DNA of 64,000 nt. Origin: Verrucomicrobiia bacterium (GTDB taxonomy: Bacteria; Verrucomicrobiota; Verrucomicrobiia; Limisphaerales; UBA1319). The notes under the pieces are model-generated. The model was not told where the DNA came from and did no database searches. It saw only the letters and a list, made by a program, of their open reading frames with translations. The translations under genes and the position numbers were made by a program. The number at the start of each line of letters is the position of its first letter. The stretch's first letter is position 1. Below, piece after piece: positions 29,875 to 37,878 of the stretch. The stretch spans positions 1,568,001-1,632,000 of the forward strand of contig OY760937.1 of NCBI GenBank assembly GCA_963664225.1, given 5' to 3'.

Positions 29875-30250
29875 CCTACATACATGGTATGTAGGGGCGA
29901 TTGCCCATCACGATTCCATTTTTCGGCTTAACCGCCGCACCACGACCTCCCCAACGTGTCGTCGGCTACCGCCCGACTTAACGCTTTTTCCCTACGGGCT
30001 TTCCGGCTAAAGGACATCTACCCGTTGTCCTTTATCAAAAATCGTTAAGTCGGCCGATAATCGCCGACACGTTGGGGGACTGGTTTTATAATAAGGGCTA
30101 TCGCCCAACCAACGTGCTCGTTATCACGACCGTTCACGCTGAAGCGTGGAGATTACGTGTTCGCGATTGCGAGATGACGCAAACGAGCAGTAGGAAAAAG
30201 CGTAGCCGCGAGAGCGGCCAAAACATAGCCACGCCGATAGGCGTGCCGAC
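29875..30250. other. Block of nested inverted repeats; candidate origin (oriT/sso) or structured RNA
   Basis: CCTACATAC-ATG-GTATGTAGG; CCCCAACGTGTCG/CGACACGTTGGGG enclosing CCGACTTAACG/CGTTAAGTCGG enclosing TAAAGGACA/TGTCCTTTA; further stems to about 30250. Confidence 0.6.
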
Positions 30251-30251
30251 A

Positions 30252-30279
30252 TTGCCCCAAACGGCAAATCTTGCCGTCT
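30252..30279 (+). promoter_or_regulatory. Element box 1 (TTGCC-N6-GGCAA)
   Basis: TTGCCCCAAACGGCAAATCTTGCCGTCT, TATCAT at 30301. Confidence 0.7.
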
Positions 30280-30314
30280 TCGCAAATAATTCCCACTGGC
30301 TATCATTGATCCAT

Positions 30315-30533
30315 ATGAAAAACACAAAAAACAAACAAGCGAACGGGTTCGGGAATTTTCAAACGAAGCAGATTAGAAAAATGGTGGTCAAGCCATTGAC
30401 CCAACTAATCACTGAAAAGACGAATAGTCTCCACAAAACAAGTCGAGAGTGTTTCGAGGAAATCAAAAAGGTCGAGCAAATGATCGAGATCATCGCCCGT
30501 CAAATGGGCCGGGATTTGATGGAGCACAAATGA
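30315..30533 (+). CDS. Small basic/helical hypothetical protein
   Basis: Starts just after box 1 and its -10; stop overlaps the next ATG (ATGA). Confidence 0.5.
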   Translation: MKNTKNKQANGFGNFQTKQIRKMVVKPLTQLITEKTNSLHKTSRECFEEIKKVEQMIEIIARQMGRDLMEHK

Positions 30534-31972
30534 TCCCGGGTTTGGATGATTCAAGTTCTTCGGGTTTCAAGACCAGCCGCCATTACCTCGTTGGCTCGCT
30601 CCCCACGCGTTTGCCAGCGGCTCAGGTTACGGTTTTACGCAGAGGAGTGGCGGCTGATCCTGGAATCATGCATGAAGAACAATCCATCATCATCGGACAC
30701 CGTCAGGTTTGGAGCGAAGAGCTGTCTTTTGGAATATCTGCAGTCGATCATCGCCATCATGTTTACATCATCGGGAAGACAGGCTCGGGTAAAACGACCC
30801 TGCTTCGTAATTTGCTGATCCAACACATTGCCTTGGGCCACGGCGTTGGACTCATCGATCCACATGGCGATCTGGCTGAGGAAATTCTCAACCATATTCC
30901 GCCATGGCGTGCCGATCAATTGGTGTATTTCAATCCGGGCGACATCGAGTTTCCAATTTCGATGAATTTACTGGCTCACGTTGCGCCTGATGCTCGGCAC
31001 CTTGTTGCTTCTGGGATCGTCGGGGCCTGCAAAAGCATTTGGTCCGACTCCTGGGGCCCGAGGCTCGAATATATTCTCTACAACGCCATCGCAGCTCTGC
31101 TCGATTGTCCCAATACCTCGCTTTTGGGTGTGAATCGAATGTTGATGGACGATTCATATCGCGCTTGGGTGATCCGGCAAATCAAAGATCCCTTCATTCG
31201 AGCATTCTGGGCGGAGGAATATGCCGGATATGACGAACGGTTCAGGCGCGAAGCCATTTCACCAATCCAGAACAAACTTGGACAATTCCTGTTGAATCCG
31301 GTGATCCGCAACATTTTGGGGCAAGTCAGATGCAGTGTGGATATTCCCTTCGTCATGGACAACCAGAGGATGTTCATCGCCAACCTATCGAAAGGTCGGC
31401 TGGGCCATGACAAAGCCAACCTCCTTGGATCCTTGCTCACGACTCAATTTCAACTGGGCGCAATGGCCCGAGTGAACCGTCCCGAAGACGAACGCCAGGA
31501 TTTTTACCTGTTCATCGACGAATTCCAGTCCTTCTCCACCGATGCGTTTGCTTCAATTCTGGCCGAAGCCCGTAAATACCGATTATGCCTCACCCTCTCG
31601 CATCAATACATTGACCAGCTTCCGCTTCCCATCCGCCAGGCGGTTTTTGGCAATGTGGGAACCCTGATTGCCTTTCGCATCGGCAATATCGATGCCGAGG
31701 TGATGGCCAAGGAGTTTGGAAACACATTTGCACCAAGCACGCTTGCCGACCTTGGCCGATATGAAGCGGTCGTGAAGTTGCTGGAAAATGGAACAAACCG
31801 GGAACCATTCCTCGGTAAGATGCTCGCACCACTCAAAAATTGCATTGGCCGGAAGGAAAAGCTCATCGCCCGTTCGCGCGAGCGTTTTGCCGCATCACGC
31901 TCGCGAATTGATGAAAAACTGAACCGGTGGATGGCTTCGGCGAAAACTCCATTACCGACTGACGAATCTTGA
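30530..31972 (+). CDS. VirD4/TraG-like coupling ATPase (short form)
   Basis: HVYIIGKTGSGKT, IDPHGDL, FYLFIDEFQ, EARKYRL, VFGNVGT; start may be 30530 or 30668. Confidence 0.88.
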   Translation: MIPGLDDSSSSGFKTSRHYLVGSLPTRLPAAQVTVLRRGVAADPGIMHEEQSIIIGHRQVWSEELSFGISAVDHRHHVYIIGKTGSGKTTLLRNLLIQHIALGHGVGLIDPHGDLAEEILNHIPPWRADQLVYFNPGDIEFPISMNLLAHVAPDARHLVASGIVGACKSIWSDSWGPRLEYILYNAIAALLDCPNTSLLGVNRMLMDDSYRAWVIRQIKDPFIRAFWAEEYAGYDERFRREAISPIQNKLGQFLLNPVIRNILGQVRCSVDIPFVMDNQRMFIANLSKGRLGHDKANLLGSLLTTQFQLGAMARVNRPEDERQDFYLFIDEFQSFSTDAFASILAEARKYRLCLTLSHQYIDQLPLPIRQAVFGNVGTLIAFRIGNIDAEVMAKEFGNTFAPSTLADLGRYEAVVKLLENGTNREPFLGKMLAPLKNCIGRKEKLIARSRERFAASRSRIDEKLNRWMASAKTPLPTDES

Positions 31973-32007
31973 AACAATCACCACTGGCTGGGTTCGTTCA
32001 TCCAAAC

Positions 32008-32035
32008 TTGCCCGAAAGCGCAAATCCTGTCGTCT
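32008..32035 (+). promoter_or_regulatory. Element box 2
   Basis: TTGCCCGAAAGCGCAAATCCTGTCGTCT (23/28 to box 1), TACGAT at 32058, ATG at 32070. Confidence 0.65.
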
Positions 32036-32069
32036 TCTTCCTTAGTTTGCCACCCGTTACGATGGACGG

Positions 32070-32975
32070 ATGGATTCCTCCCGTCTTCCCCGCTTCAAAC
32101 GCTCTTCCGTCGTTGCCCCCATGCAACTGACAGAACGCGACCGCGAAATCATCCGGCTCGTGGATCGGCATCGTTTTCTCCATTCTTCGCAGATCGTTGC
32201 ACTCATCGGCGGCAGTTCGCAGCAACTCTTGCGTCGATTGAAATTACTGTATCATCACGGCTTTTTGGAACGGCCACGCGCCCAGCTTGAATATTACCGC
32301 CAGAGCGGTTCTCATCACATCGTTTACGGCCTGGGAAACAAGGGTGGGACGCTTTTGAAGCAGGAGTTCGGGATTGCGCTTCGTCGAGTCTCTTGGGGTG
32401 AGAAGAACCGCGCCGTGGGCCGGATATTCCTTGAACATGCGCTTTTGGTTTCAGATGTGATGGTGACGATTGAACTGGCTTGCCGAAAGCGCGGTTTCCA
32501 GCTTTTGACCGAAAAGGAGCTTGCACCGCCTGACAAGAAACAGCCGTTCCGATGGAGGGTGAACATCAACAACCGCTTGCAACTCGGTATCATCCCCGAC
32601 CGCGTATTCGCCTTGGAGATTCCAGATGCGGACGGCAAACGTCAGCGCAGGTATTTCTTCCTTGAGGCCGACCGGGGCACCATGCCGGTCAAACGTCGAA
32701 ACCTTTCCCAAACCTCGTTTTACCGCAAGCTCATTGCATATGAAGCCACCTGGTCGCAAAACCTGCATCGCACTCGATTTGGTTTCAATCGTTTCCGCGT
32801 GATCACCGTCACCACGAGTGCGGGACGACGGAATTCTCTGGTGGAGGCCTGTTCGGAACTGGAGCGTGGCCGAGGCTTGTTCCTGTTTACCGACCATTCC
32901 ATTTTGTCCGATGATATATTTTCCTCTGCCTGGTTGACGGGCAATCCGGGTGGAACTGCCAGTTTGCTCGATTAG
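32070..32975 (+). CDS. Replication-relaxation (Replic_Relax) family protein
   Basis: LTERDREII...RRLKLLY..G.L winged helix; HALLVSDV; IPD...FLEADRGT...KLIAY PD-(D/E)xK-like core. Confidence 0.85.
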   Translation: MDSSRLPRFKRSSVVAPMQLTERDREIIRLVDRHRFLHSSQIVALIGGSSQQLLRRLKLLYHHGFLERPRAQLEYYRQSGSHHIVYGLGNKGGTLLKQEFGIALRRVSWGEKNRAVGRIFLEHALLVSDVMVTIELACRKRGFQLLTEKELAPPDKKQPFRWRVNINNRLQLGIIPDRVFALEIPDADGKRQRRYFFLEADRGTMPVKRRNLSQTSFYRKLIAYEATWSQNLHRTRFGFNRFRVITVTTSAGRRNSLVEACSELERGRGLFLFTDHSILSDDIFSSAWLTGNPGGTASLLD

Positions 32976-32980
32976 AAATC

Positions 32981-33008
32981 TTGCCCCAAACGGCAAATCT
33001 TGCCGTCT
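32981..33008 (+). promoter_or_regulatory. Element box 3
   Basis: 28/28 identical to box 1, TATGCT at 33032. Confidence 0.7.
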
Positions 33009-33106
33009 AGTGAAGTCATCGACAAGGGCGATATGCTTCTCTTGGAAGCGGTTCGGTTCTTGAGCCGCATTTGTTCTTCACAATTAATCATAACCAAGGA
33101 AATACC

Positions 33107-34126
33107 ATGCCAAAATCATCGTTTGTTGACTTCAAGGCCGTCAAGGAGGCCATCACCATGGAGCAGGTGCTCGGACATTACAACCTGCTCGATCAGTTCA
33201 AGCGGAGCGGAGACAGCCTGAGTGGTCCATGTCCGATCCACAAAGGCACCAATCCGACACAATTCCGGGTCAGTATCAGCAAAAACATCTGGAACTGTTT
33301 CAGCGAATGCAAACACGGGGGCAACACCCTCGACTTCATCTCCCGGATGGACAATGTGAGCGTCCACGCGGCGGCCTTAAACGCCATCGAATGGTTTCAC
33401 CTTGATCCCGCAGCCGTGTCGATGGATTCCCCAAAGGAAGCCGGAGCTGAGCATGAAGACCCGAAGACTCACGATGTTCCCCGACCGACGCCAGTCACAA
33501 AGACAGCGCCGGTCCTGGAAAACAGCGCGCCGAACAAGCCGTTGAAGTTCCGGTTGGAAAAACTGGAACGCGAAAATCCCTACCTTGTCGAACGCGGTCT
33601 CACGCCGGAAACCATTGCAGATTTCGACATAGGGTACTGCGCCAAAGGCATGATGGCGGAACGGATCGCCATTCCCATCCGCAACGTGAACGGAGAGGTG
33701 GTGGCATATGCGGGACGCTGGCCTGGAATGCCAGCCGAAGGTAATCCCAAATACAAGTTGCCCCAGGGATTCAGGAAATCACTAGAGCTGTTCAACTTTG
33801 ACCGAGCCATAAAAGAATCAGGGCCGCTGGTTATTGTCGAAGGCTTCTTTGGCTGTATGAAACTTCACCAGCTCGGTTGCCGCAAGGTGGCCGCCCTCAT
33901 GGGCAGCACCCTCTCCACCGCGCAGGAGGAGTTGATTCGCACTCACACCGACCACAACAGCCAAGTCATCGTCATGCTCGATGAGGACGAGGCGGGAAGG
34001 GCGGGACGTGAGGACATGGCCGTTCGTCTGGCCAAGTTCGTTTTTGTGAAGGTTCACACCTTCGGCAAGGACGGACAGCAACCGGATGACTTGAGCGCCG
34101 AGGAAGTGACAATGTTGTTAACCTGA
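33107..34126 (+). CDS. DnaG-like primase (CHC2 zinc finger plus Toprim)
   Basis: CPIH...WNCFSEC, YLVERGL, YAGR, PKY, IVEGFF, LDEDEAG. Confidence 0.9.
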   Translation: MPKSSFVDFKAVKEAITMEQVLGHYNLLDQFKRSGDSLSGPCPIHKGTNPTQFRVSISKNIWNCFSECKHGGNTLDFISRMDNVSVHAAALNAIEWFHLDPAAVSMDSPKEAGAEHEDPKTHDVPRPTPVTKTAPVLENSAPNKPLKFRLEKLERENPYLVERGLTPETIADFDIGYCAKGMMAERIAIPIRNVNGEVVAYAGRWPGMPAEGNPKYKLPQGFRKSLELFNFDRAIKESGPLVIVEGFFGCMKLHQLGCRKVAALMGSTLSTAQEELIRTHTDHNSQVIVMLDEDEAGRAGREDMAVRLAKFVFVKVHTFGKDGQQPDDLSAEEVTMLLT

Positions 34127-34138
34127 AAGGAGACCACC

Positions 34139-34468
34139 ATGGATGTTCATTGTTCCACCTGTGGCGAGCCATGGGATACATTTCATCTCTGGCACGAAGC
34201 CATATTCGAGACGGGATTGAGTTTTGAGGAAGCCGAAGCCTGGCGCTTTCTTCCCCGCTCTCTAAAACTAAACGACCGTTACCGGAAGGAATTTCGGGCA
34301 GTCGGCTGGGAATTCGGGCAAACGGTGATCAACGTCATTCATTGCCCGTGTTGTCCCAAGGATGCAAAACCCAACCCTGAGGCTGTAAAAACCAAGGCAG
34401 TCCTTGAACAGCTTTTGGGCAACGACCAGGATGGATTGGCTGCGACCTTTGAGGATCATCACCTATGA
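34139..34468 (+). CDS. Hypothetical zinc-binding protein
   Basis: CSTCGEPWD...CPCCP; GGAG RBS. Confidence 0.7.
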   Translation: MDVHCSTCGEPWDTFHLWHEAIFETGLSFEEAEAWRFLPRSLKLNDRYRKEFRAVGWEFGQTVINVIHCPCCPKDAKPNPEAVKTKAVLEQLLGNDQDGLAATFEDHHL

Positions 34469-34752
34469 AAGCAGCCACCAATTGCATCGCTAGGTTCCCT
34501 CTTGGCCAACTCATGGTAACATCCAATGCCCTCAAATACTTGACCCTGAATGAAATCATTTCCGGTGTCATTCGCCATCAATTGGGCGATTGGGGTGAGT
34601 TGAACAGTGACGACCGAATGGAGAACGATCTGAACATCGAAAGGGGGTTGATTCTCATATCGGTTTATCACGACAGCAATGACATGGCATTCTTTGTCAT
34701 TACCGAGGCGGATCGGTCCGTCACAACGGTCTTGATGCCGACCGATTATTAA
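34465..34752 (+). CDS. Conserved plasmid/ICE hypothetical protein
   Basis: FPLGQL..T...RH..GDWGEL..DD...ND...ITEADRSVTTVLMPTDY signature. Confidence 0.8.
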   Translation: MKAATNCIARFPLGQLMVTSNALKYLTLNEIISGVIRHQLGDWGELNSDDRMENDLNIERGLILISVYHDSNDMAFFVITEADRSVTTVLMPTDY

Positions 34753-34756
34753 TCAC

Positions 34757-34786
34757 AAGAGCGATTCACGCGAATCGCTCTTTTTC
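34757..34786 (+). terminator. Rho-independent terminator
   Basis: AAGAGCGATTC-ACGC-GAATCGCTCTT followed by Ts. Confidence 0.8.
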
Positions 34787-34814
34787 TTGCCCCATCAGGC
34801 AAAGAGAGCCGTCT
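34787..34814 (+). promoter_or_regulatory. Element box 4
   Basis: TTGCCCCATCAGGCAAAGAGAGCCGTCT (21/28 to box 1), TACGCT at 34837. Confidence 0.65.
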
Positions 34815-34894
34815 TTGGCGAAACAGCCGCATGCCATACGCTACAGAGTGGGTTCAAATGGTTCTTTTAAAATCAACAACCACAGGAAGATATC

Positions 34895-35746
34895 ATGAAT
34901 TATCAAGCGTATGAACGGATCACCGAGCGCATCACTGCCTTGCTTCTGCAAGGCACGGTGCCCTGGCACAAACCATGGAAGGCAACAACCAGTTGGCCGC
35001 GAAATGGCGTTTCCCAAAAACCATATCGCGGCATCAATGTCTTTTTGCTTTTAACCATGAGTTACGAGTCCCCCATCTGGCTCACTTACCGTCAGGCCTT
35101 GCAGCTTGGCGGCTCTGTCCGCAAGGGTGAGAAATCCTGTCCCGTTGTCTTTTGGAAACCCCTGAAGATTGCGGACAAGACATCGGGCGAAGAAAGGCAA
35201 ATCCCTTTGCTACGCCTCTATCACGTCTTCAACGTCGCCCAATGTGACGGCTTGAAAGACTCACCACCCGTGACAAACGAAATTGTCGCGTCCAAACCGG
35301 CGGAGATTGTGGCAGCGATGCCTCAACCGCCCGCCATCAAACACGGCATGAACTCCGCCTTCTATTCACCCCAGGAGGATTGCGTTGGAATGCCTTTACG
35401 CGAACGGTTCGAGAACGAGAATGGCTATTTTGCCACCTTGTTCCATGAGCTCGTTCATTCGACCGGCCACGAAAAGCGGTTGAACCGGGCAACGCTCGCC
35501 GAAAACAATGGATTCGGTTCCGATCCATACTGCAAGGAGGAATTGATTGCGGAAATGGGGGCGGCGTTTCTTTGCGGCCAGGCCGAGATTGTCGAGCGGA
35601 CGATTGATAGCTCCGCCGCTTATATCCAGAACTGGCTTCAGCGCCTGAAGCAAGACAAGAGCCTGATTGTGCAGGCTGCAGCGCAGGCACAGAAAGCCGT
35701 TGACTTCATTCTTGGCCGGACGGAAAGCGAGGTATTCCATGACTGA
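34895..35746 (+). CDS. ardC: ArdC-like ssDNA-binding antirestriction protein with zincin domain
   Basis: PWHKPW, YRGIN, W.TY.QA..LGG.VRKGEK, VFNVAQ, HELVHSTGH, EELIAE. Confidence 0.9.
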   Translation: MNYQAYERITERITALLLQGTVPWHKPWKATTSWPRNGVSQKPYRGINVFLLLTMSYESPIWLTYRQALQLGGSVRKGEKSCPVVFWKPLKIADKTSGEERQIPLLRLYHVFNVAQCDGLKDSPPVTNEIVASKPAEIVAAMPQPPAIKHGMNSAFYSPQEDCVGMPLRERFENENGYFATLFHELVHSTGHEKRLNRATLAENNGFGSDPYCKEELIAEMGAAFLCGQAEIVERTIDSSAAYIQNWLQRLKQDKSLIVQAAAQAQKAVDFILGRTESEVFHD

Positions 35747-35972
35747 ATTGGAAAAAGCAGTCAGACGACGCACCCGTCTGCCCTTTGCCCACTATCGCAA
35801 ACGCATCGTGGTCATCCTTGAACCGGGTGACTGTGTGACCATGCGATTGGAACGGACGCGCACTGTGTTTCGCGCCCCCATCTCGGCATTGTATCGGCAG
35901 ATGGTGGAGTGGCACGTTGCCGCGATCCAGCGCGAGAAACAGCGGGAGCGAAAACAAAGGAGGACCGTATGA
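35739..35972 (+). CDS. Small basic hypothetical protein
   Basis: GAGG RBS; overlaps the ardC end and the radC start. Confidence 0.6.
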   Translation: MTELEKAVRRRTRLPFAHYRKRIVVILEPGDCVTMRLERTRTVFRAPISALYRQMVEWHVAAIQREKQRERKQRRTV

Positions 35973-36430
35973 AAGACTTCAATCCGAAGGAGTTCAAGCT
36001 CGTCGCACTGCGTGAATGTCCGACACCCGAACAGATGCAGGTCTGCGATACACCGGAAAAGGCAGTCGAATATTGGACAGCACATATTGGCAATTCGGCC
36101 CAATTCAACCAAGAATGTGAAAGTTTCTTCGTGTTAGTCCTGAACACGCGGAGACGTGTCAGAGGCCATCACTTGGTTTCAACGGGCACGATGGATACCA
36201 TTCTGGTCCATCCGAGAGAAGTCTTCCGCATTGCCATTATCGCCGGAGCATCCGCTGTCGTGCTCATGCACAATCACCCGTCGGGTGAACCGCAGCCGTC
36301 CGAGGCGGATATCAAAGTGACTCGCGATTTAATTCGCGCCGGTGAGTTGGTTAAAATTGAGGTGCTTGATCACGTTATCGTGGGCAATCCAAACCATTGC
36401 TCATTACGCGAGCTTGGCTATTTTTACTAG
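35969..36430 (+). CDS. radC: RadC-like JAB domain protein
   Basis: VHPREVF, HNHPSGEPQPSEAD, VLDHVIVG. Confidence 0.92.
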   Translation: MKDFNPKEFKLVALRECPTPEQMQVCDTPEKAVEYWTAHIGNSAQFNQECESFFVLVLNTRRRVRGHHLVSTGTMDTILVHPREVFRIAIIAGASAVVLMHNHPSGEPQPSEADIKVTRDLIRAGELVKIEVLDHVIVGNPNHCSLRELGYFY

Positions 36431-36443
36431 CTAAAGCCATCCA

Positions 36444-36474
36444 AACCCCGTCCATTTTTAGGCCGGGGTTTTTC
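36444..36474 (+). terminator. Probable terminator after radC
   Basis: AAACCCCG...CGGGGTTT plus T run. Confidence 0.6.
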
Positions 36475-36660
36475 ATACTCACAGTAACCAATCACTTCGT
36501 CTGTGATACGGATTTTATTCCCAATACCACTGAAGTTCACAAATAAATTGACATTCGGAAATCGTCATGAAATATATCGCTGACATCCGGTAATTCAATG
36601 GGTAACCAATCCCAATCTGTGCATGAAGTTTATGCACCAAAAAAAAGGAAGGGAAAAACT

Positions 36661-37131
36661 ATGTCTGAGCCCATCGTTCCACCTACTGAACCTGTTCAGG
36701 TTCAAAATGAAGTATCATACAACATTCCAACAACCCAGGCCTCACCAGCCTTGTCTGTGAGCCTTTTGGAGATATTTCTTGCCATAGGCTTGGGCTTTTG
36801 CTTTTTCCTGCCTTGGATCAAAATCTTAGGCGTTGGAGTCTCCGGCTTTCAAATACAAAAGCTGGGCCAAGACGGCCTAATCTTTTGGCTCATTCCCGTT
36901 ATGAGTAGCATTGCCGTTTTGGCTGGAATGATCGGAAAGAGCCAGAAAGACGCTGCCATGCTTGCTGGTATCACGCCATTCGGCATTGTCATATATTTCT
37001 GCATTCAAGCTGGGAATAATTATCAGCAAATCATTGATGCATTGGGAGCCGGGGCCTGGGTGGCTTTGGTCATCGGCTTCCTGATGATCGTCCTTTCCTT
37101 CAATTTAAAGAATGCAAATGCCAAATCATAG
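36661..37131 (+). CDS. Hypothetical membrane protein (about 4 TM)
   Basis: Hydrophobic segments, FFLPW motif; start may be 36598. Confidence 0.7.
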   Translation: MSEPIVPPTEPVQVQNEVSYNIPTTQASPALSVSLLEIFLAIGLGFCFFLPWIKILGVGVSGFQIQKLGQDGLIFWLIPVMSSIAVLAGMIGKSQKDAAMLAGITPFGIVIYFCIQAGNNYQQIIDALGAGAWVALVIGFLMIVLSFNLKNANAKS

Positions 37132-37149
37132 ATCAGGGGAAGGACGATT

Positions 37150-37872
37150 ATGTTTTCATTCTTTCGTAAAAAGGCCGATGTATTGAGCCACTGGTACGTT
37201 TTGGTGGAAAACTTTAAGCTTTCATCCCAAGACTTTTATAACGAAATCGAAACTGCATTGAAGGAACGTGAGGTGCCGGGGCTTGGCTTTTCTAAGGTTG
37301 AGTTTTCCGAAGGTGGCCTCCTTTCAGCCAATCGCATCTATCTTCGCATGGTCCGGGAACGGCTGGTTTTTGATGTCTGCGCCGCTCCCTTTGGCACCGG
37401 CTTTTTCTTCTCTTGCCGATTTGCTGAGATTCCCGCTGTGATTACTGTCTGGCAACTCATTGTCGTATTCGCGGGCCTGTTTTTAGGCGCGATCCTTTCC
37501 TTTTTTATTCTAAGCAAACTCTTAGGAGTGTTGGGTTTAGTGCTCTTCCCATTTGCTTTAATCGTCGGCCTCTTTCTCATGATTTACGTCATGAGAAACG
37601 CTGTGTCCATGGGGCTTAGAGATTTGGATGCCTCCTTAATTAAGTCCCCCGTGCTTGGTCCGATCTACGAAAACTGGTTTCGCAAGGAAACATATTATCG
37701 CCACGACACCCGTCTCATGTATTGCGATACGGTGAATTCCATTGTGAAGACAAGAGTGGAGGAAACCACGGGCTCGAAAGGAATAAAATTGGTTCGTTTT
37801 AACGAATTCAATCCCGTTCTGAGCGACCTTTACAAACCGACCATCGTGGCCTTGCCCAAGGAACCCTCCTGA
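37150..37872 (+). CDS. Hypothetical membrane protein (2 TM hairpin between soluble parts)
   Basis: AGGA RBS; central hydrophobic pair; 6 bp before the large ATPase. Confidence 0.75.
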   Translation: MFSFFRKKADVLSHWYVLVENFKLSSQDFYNEIETALKEREVPGLGFSKVEFSEGGLLSANRIYLRMVRERLVFDVCAAPFGTGFFFSCRFAEIPAVITVWQLIVVFAGLFLGAILSFFILSKLLGVLGLVLFPFALIVGLFLMIYVMRNAVSMGLRDLDASLIKSPVLGPIYENWFRKETYYRHDTRLMYCDTVNSIVKTRVEETTGSKGIKLVRFNEFNPVLSDLYKPTIVALPKEPS

Positions 37873-37878
37873 CGTCAT

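Noticed and set aside
30252..34814. 28-bp repeats as a CRISPR array or c-di-GMP-I riboswitch
   Set aside because: Copies are 1-2 kb apart; only one has a GAAA loop, the GACGCAAA segment and second stem are absent, and they lie upstream of the predicted start sites
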